This document shows, in pieces, positions 10,396-22,329 of a stretch of 42,816 bases of DNA. The notes beneath the pieces were generated by a model, which made no database searches, was not told the origin of the DNA, and saw only the letters and a list, made by a program, of their open reading frames with translations. Made by a program: the position numbers and the translations under genes. The stretch's first letter is position 1; each line of letters opens with the position of its first letter. Origin of the DNA: Albugo candida (lineage: Eukaryota); the NCBI GenBank assembly GCA_040437565.1, contig JBDOQK010000092.1, positions 1 through 42,816 on the forward strand. The letters are read 5' to 3'.

Positions 10396-11249
10396 ATGTA
10401 AATGTGAGATGTCAAAATGAGATATTAATTTTTGTTCCCGCTTTCTTTGATAATCTGCTTGATTTGCGCTGCATATTATGAACAATACTTATGTCATGCT
10501 ACTTAGTGTAATCAATTACACAACAAGCCATCTTCCACCTGAGGGCTTACAAGTCCATAGATCAAAACGATATGAGAACTTGCTGCTTTATCGTTTGGGC
10601 AGTACACAGCACCGACAAGTTGATAAGAGCTTAAACCGGATCAACTTCAGATCTGATCTTCTTCTCTTGACATTAAAGCTTAACTACCCAGCAGCTTTTC
10701 TTACGCGCATCAAATGAATACACTTGCGTCGACCGTATTATCCGGAATTGATTTTCAGTACTACCATTGCTCGAGCAATAGGATTCTGACAATGGTGAAT
10801 ATGTACGAACTCAAAAATGAGTCGAGCTGTGAACCAAAGTCACGTGTAAGGGCCTGCGCACGAACACTACATAGTCGGTGAAGCTTTTCTAAATTTCAAG
10901 GCCCGAAACGGGATTGTTTGAAAAAAGGCCCAATTCTCCGGATCACTACATCCTGTTTCCTTATGCATACATGGTGTTAATGTCAAGTGCTCTCATCTCT
11001 GTTGACTTGAATCTTCTAAATGCTTCACAATCGGCAGCAGCTACATTTGATCGATCAAGCGTTATGTGAAGGTTTTCTTGCTCATTCATGTACGACCATC
11101 CTAGATGCGATGCTCTGATTGTATCTAGGTTAATGCTGATGTTTCGCCAAGCTATCCTGATATAATGCAACGAATTTATTGCCCAGTGTACTGATAGAAA
11201 CTCCTGATCGTATGTTATTGGACACTATAGCGATAATTATCCTATTCTT

Positions 11250-13600
11250 TCCATTTTCGCTGACGGATGGCTGACGAAGTGACTGGATAGATTAACATTA
11301 TCGATTTGTATGTGACATCGATTCGATTGGATTTGCTTAATGGGCTAAAGCGACCGGCATACCTGCAGCATCATGAACAGGTATTTTCCCTTTTTCGTTG
11401 ATCAAGAAAACGTATATCGACCGGTCGAAATGATTTTGCAGGAGCGTTTCGGTGAATTTCGGGAGGAGCAAAATGAAAGTGCCGATGAATGAGCACATGC
11501 TGGACAATCTACTATCTCAAACTCCGGTTATTTTCATCCTATCAATAAAGATATAGGCCGAATGTGTACGAGATTGGTAGAGCGCTATTTGAAAATGTCA
11601 TTCATGGAGCATCTGGACTGAGTTTCTTTACCAGCAATGCGCTCGTCATAATGTTTGAATATTGACATCTCCACTTACAGCCAAACATTACTCTACATCT
11701 CAAGCTTTTGGACCATTCTGACACTCAACTTATCTGGAGACTCGCTTGAGCATTATTAGCATGCCAATGTCTATTTCGAACCGGTGACAATATAAGCGGG
11801 AGCAGCATGTCTTGATAGACTTATTCATGATACATAGCGAACTATTGGAAACTCTTGATCCTGCCTTTTATGCGATATGGATGGCCTGCGCACAAACTCG
11901 TTTCCTTTGGTGTCCGAATGCTTGACAAACATCATTTCTGCAACTGAAACAATGGGACAAGTACTAGACGAATGTGCTAAAAGAATCTCGGTTCTTTATC
12001 GCCAGGACCACTAGTATTGACCGTTGACTTCGCTCGCTATTTGTCGAATGAATCAGCTCGTAAGGTAGTTCAAGGGTGGTTCTCATATTGGATGCTGGCA
12101 ATATGTAAAAAAGCAATAGTAATATGCGACGTGCTGGATGGCCCTGTCCCTCGTCCAGCCAAGTTGCTTATCAAGTTGGTGAAGATGTCATTCGAATTCA
12201 AAATGTGCGGTATAGTATAAACAGCTGCTCGTATAGAGAGGATTCAATGACTACGAAGCATCTATTTGCTTCTATATACCTTTCCGTTATTCCATCTTGA
12301 GTGCATATGAGCATGTCTAACCTTAGCCTAGCAACTCGGTTCCTTGATAGTGCTGAAGTGCAGAAGGATATTCTCTTGAGCAGCACTAAGGTCGTAGGTT
12401 TTGACGGCGGACTGTAAAAAGACTTTATTGTTCGTATGATATCAATTGCCGGCAGTGTCGACAATTTTACACTGGTTACTCCTCGAATTTTGCGTTACAA
12501 TAACCCGAGTTCAAACGAATAATAGCCACTTCGATCGGATTGCGCAGGGCTTTAATTGACATCAAGATGTTGACTTTGTTGAGATAGAACATCAATACTT
12601 AAAATGTCACACTTAGAGCCACATGTTTATGATTATATAGCATCAAACTACGACGAGCTCTAGCTGGCATGCGGGTCAAAAGTAATTGGTGAATCATGTT
12701 CATTGCAACGTAATATTGATCTATTGGTATTGGCTTGTATGACATAAGGACTATATTGAGGGTAATCGTATCGAGATGAATTTGATATTGAGTGCCTTTG
12801 CGCGGGTCATGTTGCCGGCAGCCTCACTTGGACTGTAGCGGCTGTCGCTCCCACTTTTCGTGATGAAAGTCAAATTAAAATCCTTTGCCGGCTCTTCGCG
12901 AGTAATCTCGAAGAAAAGTAATCCGTCTGCATTTGTGTAAATATCTTCAGGAGAAAATCCAGCCAGGACGCATTCGTGAATTGCTTAGCGCGAACAGCGA
13001 ACTTGATTTTCCAAAACAAAAACGTTTGCCGGCAATGACATCCCATAAAGTCAATGACTTGCGTGAATNNNNNNNNNNNNNNNNNNNNNNNNNNNNNNNN
13101 NNNNNNNNNNNNNNNNNNNNNNNNNNNNNNNNNNNNNNNNNNNNNNNNNNNNNNNNNNNNNNNNNNNNATCTTCAGGAGAAAATCCAGCCAGGACGCATT
13201 CGTGAATTGCTTAGCGCGAACAGCGAACTTGATTTTCCAAAACAAAAACGTTTGCCGGCAATGACATCCCATAAAGTCAATGACTTGCGTGAATTGTAGC
13301 GAACTTTTTCCGTGGGAGCATGGAGTTGTCTTTGATGAAGTGACGAGGCTGCATCCCGATGGACCCGTGCCACTCTTAGCTATAATTGACGGGAATACAT
13401 CACGGAAAGAGAGGAGAAATCTCATGGAGAACAAAATGAGGGTGGCATTATTATAATCAGAACACCTTCCTGCACTCATGTTGGTGCCAAATAGCATGGA
13501 ATGGGATCCATAGTCGTATATATACTACGTGAATTCAATATGGGACGCTCTACAAGCCTTTTTACCTGTTGCATATCAGCCACACGAGAATGAACGTCAG
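11250..13600 (+). pseudogene. Heavily decayed coding region, possibly CRN-associated NTPase/nuclease C-terminus
   Basis: Peptide remnants in the expected order: LKRPAYL, LFENVIHG...MFEY, VYFEPVTI*AG, LSNESAR. They recall the GRP...EYG...EPL...SA.G.FE succession of CRN NTPase modules. Many stops and frameshifts. Confidence 0.3.
12943..13294. other. Gap-flanking exact duplication (assembly artefact)
   Basis: 12943-13068 equals 13169-13294 (126 bp). Confidence 0.9.
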
Positions 13601-14567
13601 GATAGCTTCATTGATTACACTTACATAACTTCCATCGTACCCAGCACGATGGTCTCAGAGATCTGTCCACTTGGAAAACGAGGGGCGCGGAGTATTTAGA
13701 AGCAGCGGCGGGGTGTTGAGGTAATTAGCGATCTGTAAGCGCATCTCGCTACCGACAATAGATGTCTTATCAGCATGACCTAGTGAGTCCTGATCTGCTG
13801 TGGCCGCGCATACAATTAGATCGGATTTTGTCCGCTTGGCTGTACTCGGTAGTCATCGGTTCATAATTGCTATATTGATTGCAAAACCATTCTTGGCTGT
13901 AGCTTGAAAGGCATCCTTATTTGGAATCGAAGTTCATCCGATCGCCAACTATTCCGCTTTCATCCGAGCTAAGTGCACTAATTCTATAAAATCTGATCCT
14001 TTGGGCATGGGTAGTATTCCGAAAATCAGGCCTGATGTTGACCGACGATCATCCGTTGTCTATAGAGGCTCTTATTTGTAAAACTTTTGAATTTTCACCG
14101 TTGGACTGTATACAGTACAGAGACTGATAATATTCCTCCCTAACACGTAGCCCTCATTGTAATTTGATAATTTGATCCAGTAAACAGGCGATGTGAAATT
14201 CTAATTGTGATCCTCTCAGAGACTTGTAGATCGCTTTCTGAAACTGCAAGCCAGATCATGCACTAATAAGCTTAGTTTTCTTCACCTATGTCATGTTTTC
14301 ATGTGGCAAAAGAACCTGTTTCTTCATGATGTTGCGCAAATCCTCTGTGACAATGAATCACTATCTTTGCGATGCGGTACAATTATTCATTCCCAATTAT
14401 AGACTTTGTGGCGTCTGTATCAGCTTGTTAGAGATTTTCGTAAATTATAATAGGACAGGTACTCGATCCTTGATCAATTGACAATTTCACCGACCTTACG
14501 CTAGCCGCACTCCGTTACCAGTAATCGATCAACTTCAAGAACAATGTTCTATACAAACTTTTCTGGT

Positions 14568-16008
14568 GTTTGTGTAAGGGTGCAGTTCACAAATATGACA
14601 CTTTATCACTCAAACGGAGTGGACTGCAATACGCACATTATTTGACCTTATTGTCACCTTCAGTATCACAAATCAACGGATTTTTGTTTACAAGAGAATT
14701 TACCACGAAATGGTCGAATGATTCTTATAATGATGTCACTAACTAGTGGATATGCTGAAGTTGCTCTTCAAGGATTTGAATGCTTCTCGTAATATCGTGA
14801 TTCTAATCGATATTTTGCAACACCATTCAGAAGTTTAGATAGGGTTGAAACTTTGACCATCCTTTCGAGACTGAAAGATATGAATAAGGTGACTAATCAC
14901 AGCGGAATAAGAAGTACCGAAGAGCTGGACTATAAATACAATTCAGCATCCATTTCAACAAGCCTAGCAGTAATATTTTCAAATTAACTACAGCACCGAC
15001 TACCACTCGTTAACACTCTTGTAAATGTTGGGTACGTTGTTCACGGCAAAAGCTATTTTGTGTAGTATGTTTGTCCTTACCTGGTATTCTTTCTCTTCTA
15101 TGCCTTACTGTCCATCTTTACCGAGATGCAATTCTCTCTGGCTCTAGCTGAATTTTGTAAGTAACGTGCAACTATTCCTATACCTATCTGCCGAGATCTG
15201 ACANNNNNNNNNNNNNNNNNNNNNNNNNNNNNNNNNNNNNNNNNNNNNNNNNNNNNNNNNNNNNNNNNNNNNNNNNNNNNNNNNNNNNNNNNNNNNNNNN
15301 NNNGCAGTCCACTCCGTTTGAGTGATAAAGTGTCATATTTGTGAACTGCACCCTTACACAAACACCAGAAAAGTTTGTGTAAGGGTGCAGTTCACAAATA
15401 TGACACTTTATCACTCAAACGGAGTGGACTGCAATACGCACATTATTTGACCTTATTGTCACCTTCAGTATCACAAATCAACGGATTTTTGTTTACAAGA
15501 GAATTTACCACGAAATGGTCGAATGATTCTTATAATGATGTCACTAACTAGTGGATATGCTGAAGTTGCTCTTCAAGGATTTGAATGCTTCTCGTAATAT
15601 CGTGATTCTAATCGATATTTTGCAACACCATTCAGAAGTTTAGATAGGGTTGAAACTTTGACCATCCTTTCGAGACTGAAAGATATGAATAAGGTGACTA
15701 ATCACAGCGGAATAAGAAGTACCGAAGAGCTGGACTATAAATACAATTCAGCATCCATTTCAACAAGCCTAGCAGTAATATTTTCAAATTAACTACAGCA
15801 CCGACTACCACTCGTTAACACTCTTGTAAATGTTGGGTACGTTGTTCACGGCAAAAGCTATTTTGTGTAGTATGTTTGTCCTTACCTGGTATTCTTTCTC
15901 TTCTATGCCTTACTGTCCATCTTTACCGAGATGCAATTCTCTCTGGCTCTAGCTGAATTTTGTAAGTAACGTGCAACTATTCCTATACCTATCTGCCGAG
16001 ATCTGACA
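14568..16008. repeat. 636-bp exact direct duplication across gap 15204-15303, with a 60-bp fold-back
   Basis: 14568-15203 equals 15373-16008. 15304-15363 is the reverse complement of 15373-15432. Confidence 0.9.
15822..16008 (-). repeat. Copia 3' LTR (187 bp)
   Basis: The element strand starts TGTCAG right after PPT GGAAGAGGCGGC (16009-16020). Homologous to and the same length as 20943-21129. The terminal CA is mutated to GA. Confidence 0.85.
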
Positions 16009-16049
16009 GCCGCCTCTTCCGTGCTCATCGAATATCTCACGTTAGCTTT

Positions 16050-18635
16050 TTTCTTCATCTCGAAGTCCTGTAACTTACACTCCAAGCTCACGAGTACGCG
16101 CAAACTTGCAATCCTTGCTGGGTCGAGTACTTTTTTTGTCAGCATGTCTGCGAGAATCTGCTCCGAGTACACGTATTGCACGAGCACAATGCCGCGTCTG
16201 GCTCAGTCGCACACGAACTTGTGCCGTAAATCAACGTGTTTAGCCTTGATCGATGACGCCTCCTCTTCAATTTGCTTGATGTCCGCCTGTTTATCCACAT
16301 GCATTAGCATGGTCAGAGCCGGCACCATATTAAATTCGCTCAGCATCTTACCGATGCCGAGCAAATCGCGCGAGGTTTCCGAAGCAGAAACAAACTCAAC
16401 TTCCATAGTCGACAAGGAAACGTCGCCCTATTTTTTGTGCTAAACTTACTGGCATGCCGTTAAGCAAAACGACGTTTCCGGTAAGCGAATTGCGGTTCTT
16501 CTTGTCCCTAGCAAAATCTGCGTCGCTGAATGACTCAAATGTCGGAGTCTTCTGCACTTCAACTCTTGGTGTCATCCGCAGTTTCAGTCCTTGAGTCCCT
16601 TTTCGGTTGCGCGCAATGTGCTTCGCCAGCTTCCAATCGTGAACGCGCGGCTGGTGCTTTTGGCGCGTCGCTTTGTGCACAAAGAACTACCCATCTAGCC
16701 GCATGCACCGCGCCACCCACAGCAGACTTCCAACAAGCGACTGAGAGTCCATTATTGATGGTTTCCAGCCTCGCTCGTCGTCCAGGGAAGCGCGCTGACT
16801 TCGTCCTCCACCGCGTAATAGTCGGCTACAATAGTCGAAAGCGTCGAGTTTTTTTACAAGCTCATGCACGCGGAGTAAGTCTTTATTAGCCTCCTCCTGA
16901 TCCAGAACATAGGAGCCGTCTTTGTCAGGTGATACGCGCATACCTAAAACCTTTGACACTTCCGAGGTCCTCGATCGACAGCGAGACGAGGCTGACAAAA
17001 AGACGATCAACAGATTCAGCGCTAGAGCTGGTTGTCAGCAGGTCATCGACATATACGCCGACCACGACGACGTCTTCACCATCTTGTTTGCGATACAAAT
17101 ACATGTCCTCAACGCACTGTTTGTATCCCACCTCAGTGAGTCTCGCATGTAGCAATTGACTCCACACGCGCTCCGCTTGCTTTTATCTGTATAGGAACTT
17201 ATGCAGATTCAGCAAGAAATCTCTTGCTTCTTGCGCCGAGATTCTCTAGCGTCTTTTCGTCTATGTCCATCCCGCGAGGAATTTGCAGGTAAATCTCGAG
17301 GTGATTTTCTTTGCCGGCCTTGACATACGCATTCGGTATGTCTCCGTGCTTTGCCGGTACTTTCCATGTCGCCGCGAGCGCCAGTATCACTTTCACTGTC
17401 GACATGTGCATATCCTCAGCGAAAGTGAGACTTTAGTCCACTCCCAGGATTTGGTCGTTTCCGCACGCGGCTAATCGCGCTTTGAGCCTTTCTTTGTTTC
17501 CTTCTGCATCCGTTTTTGCCTTGTAGACCCATTTCGTGTGGAGAGCGTTGCTGTTATCTGAGCGCTTGATCAGCGTCCACACACCGTTATCCTCGAGGGC
17601 CTTCAGCTCTTATAGCATTGCCTTCTTCCAGTCATCACGCTTTGAGATGCGCATCGCGTCGGTATAGTTCTTCGGATCGCGCTGAACAACGTGGTTCACC
17701 ACGATTGAACCTTGAGCTGACTTCTCTTTTTCGTCAGCCGCCGCTGCGCGTTCAGACATCACCCGAGTGCTATATGAGGCACGCTTCCACTGTTTTCCCC
17801 TTGTGGGCGCTCTTTATTCTCGTAACCGGAGACGCGATCCCACATGTAGTGACTTGAGTCCCTGTTATAGATGCAGGCAACTCCACTTGGTGTTCAAACT
17901 TCAATGAGCGAAGCAACTGACTGTTTTGCTTCTCTCTATGCGTCTCGATGTTCATAACTTGCTACGTCGTCACGATCTTGTTATCTTTCTGCAGAAACAC
18001 GCAAAAAACTTTGTTTCGTAGCTGATTCCGATGACGACGCCAACCTGCGATCTCTGCGTAGGCGACTTTTTTTCGTAGGTCTATGTATACCGCGCAGGTG
18101 CTCCCAAAAACAACAATGTCTCGAAGATCTGACGCTCTGTTCGTCAGAATTTGCGCGTCTTGTGCCCTCTCGAGTCGGACTCCTGTTCAGGATGTACGTG
18201 GCGTACTCACGGCGTCTCACCAAAATTTAAGTGGCAGCCGGCTGGCAAAGATCATGGTGCGCGCCATGATAAGTATCGTCCTGTGCATGCGCGCGGCCTT
18301 GCAGTTTGAAGCTTCAATCCAATCAACAGACACGTTTTCGCCGGTGTCCGCTCGCAAGTGCTTGTTCTTTGTCTGCTTCCCTTCTTTGCACGAAGTACAG
18401 GCCTTCCTCTTTTGGTTCGTGATCTTGATGTCAGATCCTGGTGTCTTCGCCATTTTTCGATCGTGTCGAGCGATAGGTGTCCCATCCGAGCTTGAATATG
18501 CATCAAAGATCCGCACTGCACATCAGCTGCTGGCTTTCTAGATCCTGCGGTGGTAAGCATAGCCATCAAAATATCTGATGACCTCTTTCGGCGCATAGCT
18601 ATCACCGTTGTTTGCACGTACAGTATTTTTGGACC
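16050..18635 (-). mobile_element. pol: Ty1/Copia pol relic (pre-IN, partial IN, RT, RNase H)
   Basis: QARMGHLS; HGDIPNAYVKA; VGVYVDDLL; FSDADFA; STMEVEFV; AKHVDLRHKFV; LADMLTK. Most of the integrase core is deleted. Confidence 0.92.
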
Positions 18636-18637
18636 TA

Positions 18638-20217
18638 CACTCCGCGCCATAAAGATAGGGACACGTGTCTTTCTTATAAAAAGATGTGAGAAAAGTTTAG
18701 ATTGATTGCACTATACATACATTAGATTAAAATAAGCACGGCGGTTTGGAATCTTTACGTAAAGTCAGAATTGGATTTTTCAGTCCATAGTTATGAGCAA
18801 AAAAGTGAAAATAGGCCGCGTCAAAATGATAAGGAACACCTGTTATATTGCGCGTTCCTCGACTTTGAACACTGCATTTATGCTCCAAGAGTGGTTCTAG
18901 TAGTGTGTCTTTAAACCCTTTAGCTCAATGAACTCCAAGCAGCGATCGCTCATCAATTTTAAGAGCGCATGTAGCCGTTCTTGACTGATTTCTGACCACG
19001 CTTCCCTGACTGCCGCTTCAAGCTCGCCAACCGAGTGATATTGGCGCCTGTTACCGTAAACAGAACGCGCAATGTCACCCCAGAGATTCTCTATCGGATT
19101 TAGGTCCGGCGAAAGAGACGGCCACTTCATCAAATTGAGTTTGAGGTCCTTGAGAAAGGCACTGGTCGATTTAAATGCATGGATACTTGCGTTATCATGC
19201 TAAAATTCGTAGCCATCTTGATGTTCACGATCTGCGAAAGGTAATAGATGGTTAGATAACGTCTACTGGTAGTCAAACTAGTTCTGACGACCATTCAATG
19301 TGGCCAAGAATGTCAACCTTTTTGCGCAGAAACCGCCCCAGACCATGATGCCACCCCCTCCACTTTGACGGCTATAAAATGTCCTTGCTTCAAGCCGGAT
19401 ATCGTGCCAATAATACTTGCAACCATCTGGTCCGTCCAGCGTGAACCGCTTCTTGTCTGAAAAGATGATCCGGTCCCAGTCAGTGCAATCCTTGAGCTTC
19501 TGTTTGGCCCATTCAAGTCGTGCCGTGTGGTGGCGCTTCGTGAGTTTCGGTGTGGGTTTCATTTTCTTGTAGACAAGATGAGGCGCTTGCTGGAGCAAGC
19601 GCTGAACGGTCCTCTTGCTCACCTGTGGGCTCACGGTGTTGGCGATGGCAGCAGTGGACAAATCACCGGTGATTGCGGCATTGATGATGCACCGCACATC
19701 ACGCGGTCCGAGTTTCGGCTTCCTTCCTGGGCTCTTTTTCATTCCATAGCCTTCAGGATTTCTTAGGTAAGCTTGGACGACGTTTGTGGAGCGCCCTAGG
19801 CTCGCAGCAATCGTCCGTAGAGTTTCTTTGTTTGACCTGAGGGCATCAATTTGCCCTTACTCGTACTCGGTCAGAGCCGGCTTTCGCCCCATGGCTTCGC
19901 TTTAAAAACACTAAACTCGACTATGAGCACGCAGAAAACATTCAGAAGATCCCCATCCATGTTGACTAAAGGCGAAGAAAGTGCGTTGTCTACCTGTGTG
20001 GTCGTGTGGTGGTGGTGTACACTATCAATATGTCACGCAGGTCTGTGTACCTTCCCGCCAAATTTACCACTTCCACTTATCCGATCAACACAAACAAAAA
20101 GCCAAAATGATTGGCTCAACGTAGGAAAATGTTTTATTCAATCAGTAGTCAAAACAAAGCAAAAATAAGCACAATTCAGAAAATAATAGGTTGTCCCTAT
20201 ATTTATGGCGCGGAGTG
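18638..20217 (-). mobile_element. Tc1/mariner (Tc3-like, DD34E) DNA transposon, 1580 bp
   Basis: 26-bp TIRs CACTCCGCGCCATAAA(G/T)ATAGGGACA at 18638-18663 and 20192-20217, with TA on both flanks. Confidence 0.95.
18897..19892 (-). pseudogene. Tc3-like transposase (332 codons, 3 premature stops, no frameshift)
   Basis: MGRKPALTEYE*GQI... HTH region, FSDKKRFTLDGPDG, and HDNASIH...SPDLNPIE with exactly 34 residues between D and E. Confidence 0.93.
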
Positions 20218-20397
20218 TATTACTTCTCATTTTAGAAAAAAAAATAAAATTTTATCTTTTTTAATAAAAGTTTATCATTTTCTAAAAAATACCGTTCNNN
20301 NNNNNNNNNNNNNNNNNNNNNNNNNNNNNNNNNNNNNNNNNNNNNNNNNNNNNNNNNNNNNNNNNNNNNNNNNNNNNNNNNNNNNNNNNNNNNNNNN

Positions 20398-20938
20398 TAG
20401 TGAGCTTGCGCTGAGCTGCCATCGCTGTCACGTGGTACGGCGCTCCTTGCTGCTGAACTGGTGATACTGCACCAACTGGATAGCGCACCTGTCCCTACTT
20501 TATGGACGGTATCAATGACCGCGTCACGAGAGATGAGAACAAGAATTCAACAAATTCGGTTGACGGTTCTTGCGCCTGCGCTTGAAATGCTGCTGGTTTG
20601 CGCTCCGGAGAGTTCCTCAGCACATCGACTGTCGTCGTCCTTGCGTCCATGTGCGCACCGAGAGCCGACGCGAATATTCCACTCTCTATCGCACCGCGAA
20701 TGCGCTCATCCTCGTCGTTCCACATATGGGAAGTCTCCATCTTCTCTATGCAATCCGAGAGGGTGGCTAGGGCCGCGAGAATCTTTTCGTCTGTTGCCGA
20801 GCTCTTTTCACAAGCTGACACGTCTCTAATGACAGCAGCGGTGCACGGTGTACTTGCTACGCGTGACGCCGAGGCCCTTGCGTGACCTGTTGATGCCGAT
20901 ACGCCCTTTCTATCGTCTGATACCGTTATTGGGCTCAT
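20398..20938 (-). pseudogene. gag: Copia gag N-terminus
   Basis: The ORF starts at the ATG inside the PBS. DEDERIRGAIESG resembles EEDERM in the gag N-terminus near 41030. Confidence 0.75.
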
Positions 20939-20942
20939 AACC
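20931..20942 (-). promoter_or_regulatory. Copia PBS for half-molecule tRNA-iMet
   Basis: GGTTATGAGCCC directly follows the LTR end (...CAACA). It is complementary to the iMet anticodon arm GGGCUCAUAACC. Confidence 0.88.
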
Positions 20943-21129
20943 TGTTGTAAATGCTGGGTGCGCCGTTGATGGCAAGACCGATTCTGTGTATTATGTTTGT
21001 CCTTATCTGCTCTTCTTTCTCTTCTATGCCATTCTTTCCACCTTTACCGAGCTGCAATTTTCTCTGGCTCTACCTGACTTTCGTAACTAACGTGCAACTA
21101 TTCATTTACCTATCTGCCGAGCTCTGACA
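20943..21129 (-). repeat. Copia LTR (187 bp) flanked by both PPT and PBS
   Basis: TGTCAG...CAACA on the element strand, roughly 80% identical by eye to 15822-16008. PPT GGAAGAGGCGGC at 21130-21141. Confidence 0.88.
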
Positions 21130-21219
21130 GCCGCCTCTTCCGTTTTCATCGAAATTCCTCGAATTCCACTTGCTCCTTCAGTTTTTCTCAACGTTTCCAA
21201 AAAACATCATCAAAACATT

Positions 21220-21560
21220 ATCTAATGCACTGGAAATAATGATGCCCATGTAAATAAACATCTGCTGATTTGCCCTTGTTTATGTGATATTAACGCTCTG
21301 GCACTGCCCAATGTTTTGACGTAGACAAGTCCGACGAATTGGGTTGAATTGCGTCGTTTTAGAGGCATGACCACCACCGCAAGCATTATTCTGCAAACAA
21401 AACCAACGTTGATCACTGAAGACCGTCCTCTAATGTACTTCCCGTTCATGCCACGGCACACAGCGAGCAGTCGAGAATTTTTACTCCGTGGGTAGCCTTT
21501 ATCGGTCCACATGACCTGCATTTCGATCTTCTGCCGTTCTTTCATACTTAAGAGGGAGCA
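21220..21560 (-). pseudogene. Possible Tc1-like transposase relic
   Basis: Fragments RLLAVCR / VFSDQRWFCL / KQG...FTWASL resemble RLAWCR..FSDESRFCL..VWG in order. No TIRs seen. Confidence 0.3.
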
Positions 21561-22329
21561 ACATATTTTGTAACCTGTCTCTATCCATCAAAAGAGTTGG
21601 CAGGGATGCGACTGTTGAAGCCCAGGTATTCAAACTGCGCGACGAAGAAGGTTCATCACTCGCAATCTTCTTTCCATTTTCTGATAGTGTTAATTGTTGA
21701 CGTCGTGGAAGAATATACGTGCTTAATCATCTAAAGATGTATCCAGTCTGGTTTTTACACTCGGCACAATTCTTGATTCAAGGTAATTGATTGAATCGGA
21801 ACAAAATATCATCTCTACCGCGATACTTATTGTCACCTAACAAAGACCTTCATCTTTCTATACGATAATACCAATGGCACGATGTGCTGATAGTTTTGCC
21901 GGAGTAATGAGTTTGCATATGAGGCGCATGAATTTACCATACACTTGACTCCCAATTAAGTCATTGTCGCAACAACCTTTGGTCGTCTGATTAGCCTAAG
22001 CACATTAATAGGCTTCATGTCTAGCTTTAGTTGATGTCTCGATAGTGGATGCAGAGGTATGCTTTGACTTCCAAACAAGCTTTTGGCGTTTTAAATAGCT
22101 TGTTTGTAATGTGTTTGGCGGTGTATGCATCTGGATGTGCGGACGTGAATGACTCGCAGATAGAGAACTCTACAACATAGGGGGTAAAATAAAATAGCGA
22201 ATCAACCTTGAAATCTAGACATGTACTTAGGTCGATAGTTCAACCAGATGAAGCGACCTAGCCGATTCTTCTGGAGGTCTTTCTTTAACTGCACTACAAC
22301 AGCTGCTCAAAAAGAACGAAAACGTCGAT

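Noticed and set aside
15017..15203. Solo Copia LTR
   Set aside because: Part of the exact 636-bp duplicate of 15373-16008 that ends at a gap. Probably the same LTR assembled twice.
18897..19892. RIP-like hypermutation as the cause of stops
   Set aside because: Only a few stops are present, and differences between the Gypsy LTRs include many transversions. There is no dominant C-to-T pattern or AT enrichment.
20931..20942. tRNA gene (contains the iMet anticodon loop)
   Set aside because: Only 12-15 nt match and there is no cloverleaf. It is a PBS.
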